A stretch of DNA of 64,000 nt from positions 186,001 through 250,000 of the forward strand of contig JAAPAO010000001.1 of NCBI GenBank assembly GCA_013115145.1, read 5' to 3'. Under the pieces are notes generated by a model, which did no database searches, was not told the DNA's origin, and saw nothing but the letters and a program-made list of their open reading frames with translations. Position numbers and translations under genes: made by a program. The number at the start of each line of letters is the position of its first letter. Positions within the stretch are counted from its first letter, which is position 1. Source of the stretch: Perkinsus chesapeaki ATCC PRA-425 (Eukaryota; Protista; Perkinsozoa). Shown one piece after another: positions 12,827-22,528 of this stretch.

Positions 12827-12860
12827 AGGTCGTTGGTTCGATTCCGAGGAGCGCCATTTT
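12827..12860 (+). pseudogene. 3' half of a tRNA (variable loop, T-arm with B-box, 3' acceptor strand, T4 run)
   Basis: AGGTC-GTTGG-TTCGATT-CCGAG-GAGCGCC-A-TTTT; no complementary 5' acceptor strand or D-arm upstream. Confidence 0.55.
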
Positions 12861-13231
12861 CATTTTTGCTTGCATTTTTCCTTTACCCACTTTCTCAATC
12901 GTTACTTCGTTTGATTGCCCGGTTTAATAAATCATCATACTAAGTATAACCGTATCATTGCATCTTCGAGCTTAGATACCCTCAATCGCCTCTATCCCCC
13001 CGTTTGTGCCACTCACGTCCCTTCGTATCCATTCCCGTCAGGCTGCTGCTAGTCATCAATCCATTACGCCATTTTTTGTGTCGATTCCTCCCTGCATCCG
13101 CGAAAGATTACCTTTCCTTATCACACGAGTAAAAGATACTCCTCCTATTTTGTATGGTAGCGCACCTTTTACCGCCCCCTTCGCTCATCGTCTGTATTGT
13201 GATATCAATATTCCCTCAGTTATTACTATTA

Positions 13232-14782
13232 ATGCATTCGTTCCTTTCCTTACTATTAATATACCTTGGTTCCTGCACAGCCGCAGTTACCATACATGAT
13301 AACAGGACTCTGGTGTCCATCACCCGCAGGCCCGGCCCCGGTTTGGCCTCTGTAGCCTCTACTGGTCATCCTGTGTCACACAATGCTGTTGACGTTGGTG
13401 CTATCCCTTCTATGTTGGCAGCTGCCAATGGCCCTTCCTCTCGACGGCTCAGTTCTCGTAGGCTCTCCACTGTAGAAGGATGCCTGCAGAACCCTACTGC
13501 AGTTGAGACCCTGGCCATGATTGGCGTACAGGGCATCAATACCGGTACCGCGGACTGTCCGGTCACTACGGGTGACATCCAGGAGTATCTTACAGAAGCT
13601 GCCGACTTGCTCGACCTCGATGTCATCTGTGAGCCCAATATCGAAGTCAGGATTGATGATGCGATGAGACAGCCTCGAATTGCCGACTCCGCCGAGAGGG
13701 TGGCCGACCTCCTAGGCATGTCACCTCGCGCTGATGTCGACTCTGACGATCCGTTGGCTCCTTATCAGAGCAACCTCCAGCTTATCAATATAGACGGTGC
13801 TTGGAAGAATGCGGCCAACTCGGGGAAGAGCCCTAAAGACATTATACTTGCCATTGTTGATACCGGTGTTGACAGCTCCCATCCGGACCTTAAGGACCAA
13901 ATGTGGACAGCATCAGATGGCTCTCATGGATATAACTTTGTTGATAATGATGAGAATACAGCCGATCTAAACGGTCACGGTACCCATTGCGCAGGTATAG
14001 CTGCTGCACAGACAGACAACGATGTCGGTATTGCCGGTATTGCTAATGTTAAGATAATGGCTCTACGTGCCTTTGGTTCAGATGGCACTGGTGGTATGAT
14101 GGCCACACTACAGGGTCTTGACTGGGCTGTATCCCATGGTGCTACTGTGTCATCTCATTCGTATACTTCAGATGGCTCAAGCTCAATATTCCTCCAAGCC
14201 ATCCAGAACGCAGCGTCAGTCGGTCATATTGTTGTCGTTGCCGCTGGTAATGATGGCGTTAATGTTGATGAGCAGCCTCGTTTTCCTTGTTCCTTCTCCA
14301 CCAGTGTCCCCTCAATGATGTGCGTTGGCTCTACCTCTTCCTCGTCGCCTCCTCAGGTGTCGTTTTTCTCTGATACAGGGTCCGCGGTCAACATCGCCGC
14401 GCCTGGTGAGAACATTGTATCTACATGGCCTGGGAACAGGTATGCCGTACTAGATGGCACATCTATGGCCACCCCACATGTAGCTGGTGTAACAGCGATG
14501 CTTGCTACACTTGGTCTCACTGGTCAGGATCTCACCAATGCTGTGTTGGGCAGCCAGTCTCAGAAACTAGTTGCTAATGGAACTACTATGAACTTTGGTG
14601 AGCTTGATGCCCAGAATGCAGTGCTAAGCTCTTTAGGCAAAGCACCGCTAACCTCATCGCCTAGTACTTCACAAGGGACTACGGCTGCCCCTGCATCTGG
14701 TGCCATAAGGACCTTTAGTAGCCCAGTGAGCATCACTGTTGCACTAGGCCTGGCTACTATGATTGCCTTGTCTATGTATTAG
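13232..14782 (+). CDS. Subtilisin-like serine protease A (S8), secreted, probable GPI anchor, intronless
   Basis: Signal peptide from ATG 13232; IVDTGVD (Asp), HGTHCAG (His), AAGN (oxyanion), GTSMATPHVAG (Ser); S/T-rich stalk plus hydrophobic C-terminus. Confidence 0.95.
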   Translation: MHSFLSLLLIYLGSCTAAVTIHDNRTLVSITRRPGPGLASVASTGHPVSHNAVDVGAIPSMLAAANGPSSRRLSSRRLSTVEGCLQNPTAVETLAMIGVQGINTGTADCPVTTGDIQEYLTEAADLLDLDVICEPNIEVRIDDAMRQPRIADSAERVADLLGMSPRADVDSDDPLAPYQSNLQLINIDGAWKNAANSGKSPKDIILAIVDTGVDSSHPDLKDQMWTASDGSHGYNFVDNDENTADLNGHGTHCAGIAAAQTDNDVGIAGIANVKIMALRAFGSDGTGGMMATLQGLDWAVSHGATVSSHSYTSDGSSSIFLQAIQNAASVGHIVVVAAGNDGVNVDEQPRFPCSFSTSVPSMMCVGSTSSSSPPQVSFFSDTGSAVNIAAPGENIVSTWPGNRYAVLDGTSMATPHVAGVTAMLATLGLTGQDLTNAVLGSQSQKLVANGTTMNFGELDAQNAVLSSLGKAPLTSSPSTSQGTTAAPASGAIRTFSSPVSITVALGLATMIALSMY

Positions 14783-14834
14783 ATAATACTGCATACAGTG
14801 ATATGAGGATCCTTCACACTTTATCAGTTTAATA

Positions 14835-15620
14835 TGGTATTCTCTATTGGAGCTAATGGCGTTTTTGTACAGTTAACAGTGGCGGCAATGTGTTGGTCAA
14901 ATACTAGTTATAGCTCCAAAGAGGCTGTTTCCTTTATTACCGTTACCCTTTCTGCCCTGATGAGGCCTTCATTTCTGTCTACTGGTCCTTGTGACATAAT
15001 TGTCTGAGTTGTCATCTTGTATGTCGTTTCGTTCCCAGTGTCGCTAAATCAATACGAGCCGAGAAGAGCTTTGAAATTGGTAAATTCTTTGTAATATCGT
15101 CATTAAGCGGACCACGTATCCGCCCTGCTCCAGCAAGACCGTGCCCCCGATACCGAGCTACCTTACCTTTTATAAGTTGTTTGATACATTATAGAGGCGT
15201 TGTCTGTGGCCGTGTATGCTAGCATCACGACTCTTCCGTAACTCCCCCAAGCTCGGGACCATGATACCAGAGCTGCACTATTTAACGCGACTCCAAACGC
15301 AGCGTAGGGCATCCCTTCGAGCGTTGGCTGAAAGCAGTCGGGAACCTATGACCATGCGAGGGCTCAATCGGATAACAGTAATATAAAGGGGAAGCAGCTC
15401 AGAGCTCAACAGCGTTGTCTTTGTCAGCCTACTGTTGCCCCTAATTTGCACGTATTAGCGCCGACCTTTATGCCGAGGGTGGAGATATCTGAGTACCAGA
15501 ATTATGACGCCCATACAAGAGTTGCCAGGGAGGAGGTTATACTTAATGAGGGGCCGGGGTCGATATTCCTCGAAGCCAAGAACGGCAGCCCAGACAGCGC
15601 TACCTTCTGGTTTAGTAAGT
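14835..15620 (-). pseudogene. Decayed A1 aspartic protease
   Basis: Fragments collinear with 17303-18415: NIDPG..TLVWAS*FWY (vs LIDTG..FVWKSWY), MPYAAFGVALNS (vs VPHASFGLAPNA), SDTG, VNCTK..PI; stops and frameshifts. Confidence 0.65.
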
Positions 15621-16129
15621 GCTCATGGTGGCTCTGAGTTATACCGGGTATTTCAGCGATATATTGCTGCTTTACCGGCGTTATAGCACTTGGATGCCTT
15701 ATAACAAAGGCTCCTATCGTATTTGAGAGGGCTATGCCTTACCAGATCAAGTTCAACGCATTGGCATTAGTGTTTTGGTCAAGCTCCGATCTCGGTAATC
15801 AAACTCTCCTTGGCTCCTTTGAGTCTCTTGTTTAGGTGTATTAGAAGCTCGACTTGGTCCTCAAAGTCGCATGGTTACTACCGGCCGTATCCTCAGCACG
15901 TTTGGATCGGTTGTCTATGCCACTGCGTGTTGCGCGGTGAGTATTCGGGAACGGTGTTGCTCGGGAGAAAATCAGAAATTGCGTTGCAGAATAGGATTTG
16001 GAGCGGGAAAGGAATCGGCGGGGATTCTCTTTAATTTTTAGGGGAGTTTAATTCCTTTACTAACATATATCAGCGATAATGACTTCATTCTCTTGAGCTC
16101 ATTTTGTACCATTTCGTTCAAAAAAACGT

Positions 16130-16900
16130 GTATAGATGAGACGTGGGTAGTAACATTATGAGGTGTGATTAGCATACTTATCCTGTGCTTGAGCAACCTA
16201 AGCTGACAGTGCAGTTTCGAGGCCTCGGCTGATAGACTAATTTAGTTGGCCCGAGATCTTTATCATCGTGAGTGAATTCAGCATTATTGGGATTCCCTAT
16301 AAGACTGAAAATGTTCACTTATTTTGGCCGATTGGTAGTAGTCTCTCATAGGTAGGAGAATTCAAGCCCTTCTTGGCATATAAAATGGTTATAGCAGGGG
16401 AGCTCTTCATGGCAGCAACTACCGTATCAAGGTAGAGCCAGCAAAACCATGGTTACTGATAATGTCAATTGTAACTAGATGCTTGCGTGGAAGACAGATC
16501 CCTCTGTGGTCTGCGGTCATGCGTACGAGCTTTCTGCTCTATGGCGCTGTTATCAATACATTATGTCACATAAAGGGTAAATGGCTTGAAAGACATGCGG
16601 AGGATCTAATTGTGGGATATGTCCCAGAGTACGCATAAACGATAGCGTCACGTTTCTGTCCCATCACTTTTTCGTTGCGTTTAAATTCTTGCTGGGATCT
16701 GCACTCTGGTGGTCATCTTTGCTGTGACCAATACCGTCAGTGCTCGTATTGGGTATAAAAAGCGCTGATGCTGTACGATGTTGCGAAGCCACCTAAATGG
16801 CATCGTTTCTAGTGGTGCCGCTCTTGAAGTGCGGCCCTTCCTCCATAATGAGGTATCCGAAATATCTGAGCACTAGTGCGGTTATTGCCTTCGTTACTGG
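16130..16900 (-). pseudogene. Second, more degraded aspartic-protease relic
   Basis: Collinear short matches to the intact neighbour: FKRN (vs WFKRN), FTLYV (vs FSVYL), FYMPR (vs FYMPK); many stops; boundaries uncertain. Confidence 0.4.
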
Positions 16901-17302
16901 ATGATGAGTTTGGTAGCCAGGTCATAGATTAAGAGAATAGTGGACCAGGTCATTCATGCAGGGATATAGTAACTATAATAAGGTTACTATACCGACTGCT
17001 TATTCCTGAGGGCTTCATCATTATTGTATGTATTGTTTGTCGTATAAATTTGAAGTGTGGCTTCACAGTGCTCCAAACACCTCCACATCACTCCTTCAAC
17101 ACAACACATTCGCTGGGATTACTGAGGATTGCCACTGGGGTATACTCGACTGACATGAGTTGACTCAGTACTAGAAAACTGACTTAACTGTTGTGATATT
17201 TCTGACTTTATCCGAAAGACCAATAGACTTGATACATTATACGCATTAGATAAATGACCAGACCTGAATGATGCCAGATCAGATCTAGCTGCTAGTTGTG
17301 AG

Positions 17303-18415
17303 CTATTTTAGATCAGCTACTCCAAGTTGTAGCTTATCCCAATCATAGGTAAAGTACTTACCGATGAGGCTTGGATATCCAAATCCCCAAATGTCGTCAT
17401 CAATCCCGCTGATAAGTATCTTACAGAGCTCACAACCGGCACCAGAACCACTCTCACAGGGCTGAACATAAACAGAAGGTGGCAGTTCCAGTTCAACGCC
17501 ACTACCAGCAGCAGAAGCAGCAGCACCCTTGAAAGAAAAAGTCATGGGTGGTAGATATCGTTGATCGGCACATTTTACTTTATATTGATTATTAACTTTC
17601 GTGAAGAGCACTCGACGACTGCCACGTCGTTGAAGATCACTTATAACGCGTGGCACGATGTACTTAGGCATATAAAAGCTATCGGCTCCCGTATCAAGCT
17701 CGGCAAGGTCCGATAGAGGTATTTTAGAGGCGGCATTGGAACCTATCCTCAGCTCAGTCAGCTGCAAAAATCTTGGCTTAACCAATGAGATGTAACGTAG
17801 AGGGCCTTTGTACAAAACAGGATCATCAGCACCTATCAAGAGCTCGCCTGCCAATTCTTTGCCAGGTTTAAGATAAACTGAGAACCGGCTGTTATCAATG
17901 AGCTTTTGTGAACGTAGTTGCTGGATAATCGGTATGTAGGATGACGATTTATCAGCATTCGGGGCCAGACCGAAACTAGCATGAGGCACTGGAATGTCTT
18001 GTATGTAGTCATACTTAGATAGTAGACCGTAATCAAGCTTGGTACTTACAGATGCGAAAGTTATCATTCCATTACGCTTGAACCAAGTAGCACCAGAGCC
18101 ATCTGCGAACTTGTCGGTCTCAGTAGGGCCTGCCATACATGGTTGGCCCGGACACTCATAGCAACCAAAAGTTAGCATGGAGCATCCCCCTGGTTGCCCT
18201 TTCTCATACCAAGATTTCCAAACAAAGAAAGTTGTCCATGTTCCAGTATCAATAAGAGCACGAAGACTTTGCCCATCGACCACGAGATCCACCATAATAG
18301 AGTAGACGTCAAGACCGCTCTCAAACGGCATCCGCTTGATGGGTAGCCTGATTGGCCCGGCGGAGAGGCAACGCAAGAACAACATGCTCCAGTAGATGAT
18401 AATGTAGGTGGGCAT
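17303..18415 (-). CDS. Pepsin-family (A1) aspartic protease, secreted, intronless, 370 aa
   Basis: Two catalytic motifs LIDTGT and LDTGAD, FADG flap, GELLIG, IWGFG; N-terminal signal peptide. Confidence 0.93.
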   Translation of the reverse strand: MPTYIIIYWSMLFLRCLSAGPIRLPIKRMPFESGLDVYSIMVDLVVDGQSLRALIDTGTWTTFFVWKSWYEKGQPGGCSMLTFGCYECPGQPCMAGPTETDKFADGSGATWFKRNGMITFASVSTKLDYGLLSKYDYIQDIPVPHASFGLAPNADKSSSYIPIIQQLRSQKLIDNSRFSVYLKPGKELAGELLIGADDPVLYKGPLRYISLVKPRFLQLTELRIGSNAASKIPLSDLAELDTGADSFYMPKYIVPRVISDLQRRGSRRVLFTKVNNQYKVKCADQRYLPPMTFSFKGAAASAAGSGVELELPPSVYVQPCESGSGAGCELCKILISGIDDDIWGFGYPSLIGKYFTYDWDKLQLGVADLK

Positions 18416-19120
18416 ACTGTTGAGAATGAGGTAAACAACTATCTGCGTCCGAGAATATTATAAGTTGTGATTCGTCAATGAGTCGTGATCGAGACGTGGA
18501 TTTATACTATCGGAAGTGCTTAGCGGGCAGGCAATACAGCTTCGAGGTAGAATAGCTTGACACCTCGGAGACAAGTAATGAAGCGTTCTAGGTGAAGCTA
18601 ACTCCTCACCAACAGCACAAAAGATTCCGGCGAATCTTCTGTTATATCTCATTCACCGTACGCGTGCGCACATGGCTCTTTCGCATAAGCAGCGCCGCGC
18701 CCGTGACCTACTACAACAGTATGGGACATAAAGACTCGTAGCTGCATGTGGCCGAACGGAATCGATTTACATGCAATATAGCAGACACACAGCTACACGG
18801 GTACAAGCAGGAGGAATACAGTAACCACCTACTTCGAGTTAACATGTTAATGAAGATAAAACCGATCATCAGCGACGTTAAACTCCATCAAGTGGTGTCA
18901 CAAAGTGGCCGTCTTTCTGAACTCTCCCATCTGTCCCGAAAGGAGACAAACCTTGTGTCTCGAGTCCTTAGATAAAAAATGCCTCAACGAGGCTAGACTG
19001 AGAAGAGGTCGTAGACAGCAGGATATTCTTCATTTTTTCTGTTTTACATTGGAATGTGCGTGGAAATGTGTGCAGTAGTGGGTTACTTCATATGACTCAC
19101 ACAAACTTGGGGCCCAAGTC

Positions 19121-19171
19121 TTACACCGGTGCCGAGATGCCCAAGTCTTGGGCGTCTCGGCACCGGTGTAA
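19121..19171. repeat. Near-perfect palindrome; possible minimal Tc1/mariner-type MITE with TA flanks
   Basis: TTACACCGGTGCCGAGATGCCCAA-GTC-TTGGGCGTCTCGGCACCGGTGTAA: 24-bp arms with one T/G mismatch. Confidence 0.85.
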
Positions 19172-19428
19172 CGTTTGCCACATCACTCAGACGTAATACC
19201 TATATATACGTATCTAGTCTGGCAAAGCCGTTTGTAGTCAATTAGAGTAGTCAGGAGTATAGTGAGGTTTTGCACATAGTTAAACTCTCATAGCTTTCCA
19301 AGTCCTTGGAGCGCTAGTCAAGAATCCCCTATGGATGGTCCATTCCGTAATGAATGAAAGATACAAGATAAGCTCATTTCTCCGATACAATTTGTAGTTG
19401 GTTCTCGGATAATTAGGGCCTTTAATAA

Positions 19429-19463
19429 TGCGCATGCGTGCAAATCTTGCGCACGCATGCGCA
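19429..19463. promoter_or_regulatory. 13-bp inverted repeat TGCGCATGCGTGC..GCACGCATGCGCA, about 75 nt upstream of subtilisin B
   Basis: Perfect inverted repeat seen directly; regulatory role is inference. Confidence 0.45.
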
Positions 19464-19537
19464 ATGGGAAGTAATTGGTGACGCCAAAAAGATAAATGTG
19501 ACCGATTTATTCTGCAGTTTCCCTGTAGTTTCATATA

Positions 19538-20980
19538 ATGCGTTCATTCAGACCTGTGATTGTCTCACTGTGGTTAAAAGCCGCATTTTCGGAACATACA
19601 ATCGTTATGGTAACACACAATGGTAAGGGATTGGATATCCGAGAACTGCCAATCATGGTTGCGCAGGCCGCTGGTGCAAGGAAGCGCCAGTTGAGCCAGG
19701 ATGATTTACTCTGTGAAGAATGTCTCTCACAATACGGTATGGTGGAGGATCTACCAGCGCTTGGCGTCCAGATTGTGAAATCTGACTGTGCAGCAAGTCC
19801 TAAGCAAATATCCAACTATTTGGCGAAGGTAGGAGGTATGCTTGATGTAACCACAAGCTGCGAGGCCGACATGCAGTTAAAGCTCACTCCAACGGGTGGG
19901 AGGACTACTGCCACTCGAGGACAAGCACTTGGCAGCTGTACTGGTGGCAATACTGCCCTTGGTACCAATGATCCCCTCTCCTCATGTCAGAGTAACCTGG
20001 AGACCATACGCATATCGTCAGCGTGGCAGAGGGTTGCGTCTGCTAATCGGACTCCCCGGCAGGTCATACTTGCTATCGTAGACAGTGGAGTAGATACAAC
20101 ACATCCCGACCTCATCAATCAGTTCTGGAAAAATCCTGTGGACGGCTCCATTGGCTATAACTTTCTCGACGACAACACCGACGTCACCGACTTGGACGGA
20201 CATGGCACCCATTGCGCGGGAATAGCTGGAGCACAGACTAACAACGACATCGGCATCGCCGGTATTGCCAACGTGAAACTGATGATTCTCAAGTTCATGG
20301 GCCGGAATGGCACAGGCCTATTAAGCGACGCGCTCAGAGCTTTCAACTTTGCTGTTCAGATGGGCGCAGCGGTATCCTCACATTCCTATGGTGCTGCTGG
20401 TGTCAGCTCCATTTTCGGTAGGGCTATCGCTAATGCGGCGGCCCAAGGTCACATATTTGTTACAGCGTCTGGGAATGATGGTGTTGATCTGGACGATATT
20501 CCATCAGTTCCTTGCTCGCTTGCTTCGAGTATTCCAACGATGATGTGTGTAGGGGCCAGTGAATCCACGAATCCAGGCAGCTCCACAGGTACTGCTGGCA
20601 TTGCCTCCTTTTCGAATGTTGGTTCTGCTGTTAATATTGTTGCACCTGGAGTGAATATCCCCTCTACCTATCCAAATGGCAGGTATGCTTACTTAAGCGG
20701 TACCTCTATGGCAACTCCTCATGTGGCCGCGGTTGCCGCTATACTTGCTAGTCTTAACTTAGATGGTGAAAGAATAACACAATCCATCGTTCAGTCTCGA
20801 ACTACACTCCAGAGTAGCCGCCGAGCCGGCACCTCGCAGCTCGGTGAATTGGATGCACTAAATGCTGTACTTATTGGTTTAGGGCAGCCAACTAGTCCCC
20901 CTCGGTCCTCGGCAAGTCCGATTCCCTGTGGTCTACTGGTCTACATAGCCGTTGGGCTCTTAGCGACCATTATGTTTTGA
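19538..20980 (+). CDS. Subtilisin-like serine protease B (S8), secreted, probable GPI anchor, intronless, 480 aa
   Basis: IVDSGVD, HGTHCAG, ASGN, GTSMATPHVAA; signal peptide; hydrophobic C-terminus. Confidence 0.95.
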   Translation: MRSFRPVIVSLWLKAAFSEHTIVMVTHNGKGLDIRELPIMVAQAAGARKRQLSQDDLLCEECLSQYGMVEDLPALGVQIVKSDCAASPKQISNYLAKVGGMLDVTTSCEADMQLKLTPTGGRTTATRGQALGSCTGGNTALGTNDPLSSCQSNLETIRISSAWQRVASANRTPRQVILAIVDSGVDTTHPDLINQFWKNPVDGSIGYNFLDDNTDVTDLDGHGTHCAGIAGAQTNNDIGIAGIANVKLMILKFMGRNGTGLLSDALRAFNFAVQMGAAVSSHSYGAAGVSSIFGRAIANAAAQGHIFVTASGNDGVDLDDIPSVPCSLASSIPTMMCVGASESTNPGSSTGTAGIASFSNVGSAVNIVAPGVNIPSTYPNGRYAYLSGTSMATPHVAAVAAILASLNLDGERITQSIVQSRTTLQSSRRAGTSQLGELDALNAVLIGLGQPTSPPRSSASPIPCGLLVYIAVGLLATIMF

Positions 20981-21365
20981 CATAGAGGAGTAATGTAGAC
21001 GTCACTCCCCTCTGCTTCATGCAGGCACTTTGTGAAGGCGTGATGTTTGCGGTGAAGCTGTTATCGTTCAACTCTCATTTATTAATATCAATTTGTTTGC
21101 GTTCAAAACGGGAAGGTTCGAAGTATCAGATTCTTCTCTAAAACGTGTATCGGACTAGTATCAATCCGGCGCGTCCAGGCCAACACAGTAACTAATGCGA
21201 CAAAACTACAGATTTAGGTTACTCAACCGTTTCTGCTGTCTTTGTGTTTCACTCAGAGCTCTGCTGCGAGTTGAAATGCCTCGATTCTCAAAAGCGTTGA
21301 TGGCCTTCTGCTTTCTCGAATCAGAACTAGCTTGACTGAGCAGCGTTTATAGACAACGTACCGTC

Positions 21366-22375
21366 ATGGACGCTTCTACACGTGACTCGACACTTCCAGG
21401 CATCCCACAGAGAAATAGGCAACAACGGAAGCCCATACGCGTGCGTACAGCGGACGACTGCGAGATATCAGGAGCCGCTTACATTCCGGCGTCATTTGCT
21501 CCAGGTATAGTGGGTCATCATTGACGAGGAACAATACTAACCTGCTTACCACGCGCTTCCCATCGGTCACGTATTGACCATCGTGTTGGATTATATTAGG
21601 CGGCATGTCTCAGGTTACGAGCACCTGTTTGTACTTCTCGTTCACCCGTGGGGCAAGATGGGAGGATCTTCTGCAAACACAAAGCCCCTGGCCAAGATGC
21701 TGTCTGGAGAGTACTAAACCAACTTGCTTTCCAGCATGCTAGAATGACATCGCCTCAGATATTGCATGAATTGTGTAACTTTCGACACGAGGGGGGTTGG
21801 TGCTTCAACAGGTTCGAGCACCTTGACAGGCCACGCTGAAGTTGAAGACGTTGTTGCTGTTGCCAAATATGTTCAAGAATATCTTGCCCCGAAGGGCAGC
21901 AAAGCTCAGGTTTGACACTTCCACTTTAGCTTGATGTCGTTGTATCTCATTTCTTTAGTTTGTCCTTCTGGGATCCTCGGCGGGAGCGGCGATTGCCGGC
22001 AGTGCCGCCCCTCTGATCGACAACTGTGTGGCTGCTATTTACGTGGGTTATACTTTCGGTTTCATGTCTCGGATATTATTTGGTAAACATGTCGATAACC
22101 TCAAGAAGCTCAGTTGCCCCAAGCTTTTCATAATGGGTAAGCCGTAGTGCTCTTTACCGTTGTTATCACCTATTGAATATCTTTTAGGGACTGAAGACTG
22201 CTGGACGTCTGTGTCGCAGCTCAAGTCGTATCTCAGGGATATCGGCCCATCAGCCGAATACAGGCTCATTGACGGCGCTGGTCACTTCGAGCTCGAGAAC
22301 AATGCCGAACGCGCAAGGCAGATTGTTGACTGGTCGGCTGAGTTTATTGCCGCCAGTCTACCTCCCCAGCCTTGA
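21366..22375 (+). CDS. Alpha/beta-fold hydrolase, multi-exon
   Basis: VLLVHPWGKMGG, FDTRGVGAS, nucleophile elbow GSSAG, LFIMGTEDCW (Asp), DGAGHF (His). Confidence 0.85.
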
Positions 22376-22528
22376 TTCATATCCGACTGTATTACTGTTG
22401 TATTTGCAAATCTTGTTCCACTAGCGTACAGTGTGGCCGCCGTAGTGTGTTAATCCAATATAGGGGTCGGGTGGTATTATCTCGATTCTGGTGAAGGCTG
22501 TCAGCTGGATTTGGTTTATATTCCTCCA

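Noticed and set aside
13366-13719. Antisense ORFs over subtilisins, kinases, the coiled-coil gene and the 5'-nucleotidase (e.g. 13366-13719, 23722-24147, 32493-32873, 62851-63248)
   Set aside because: Shadows of real coding sequence on the opposite strand or frame, with no independent motifs.
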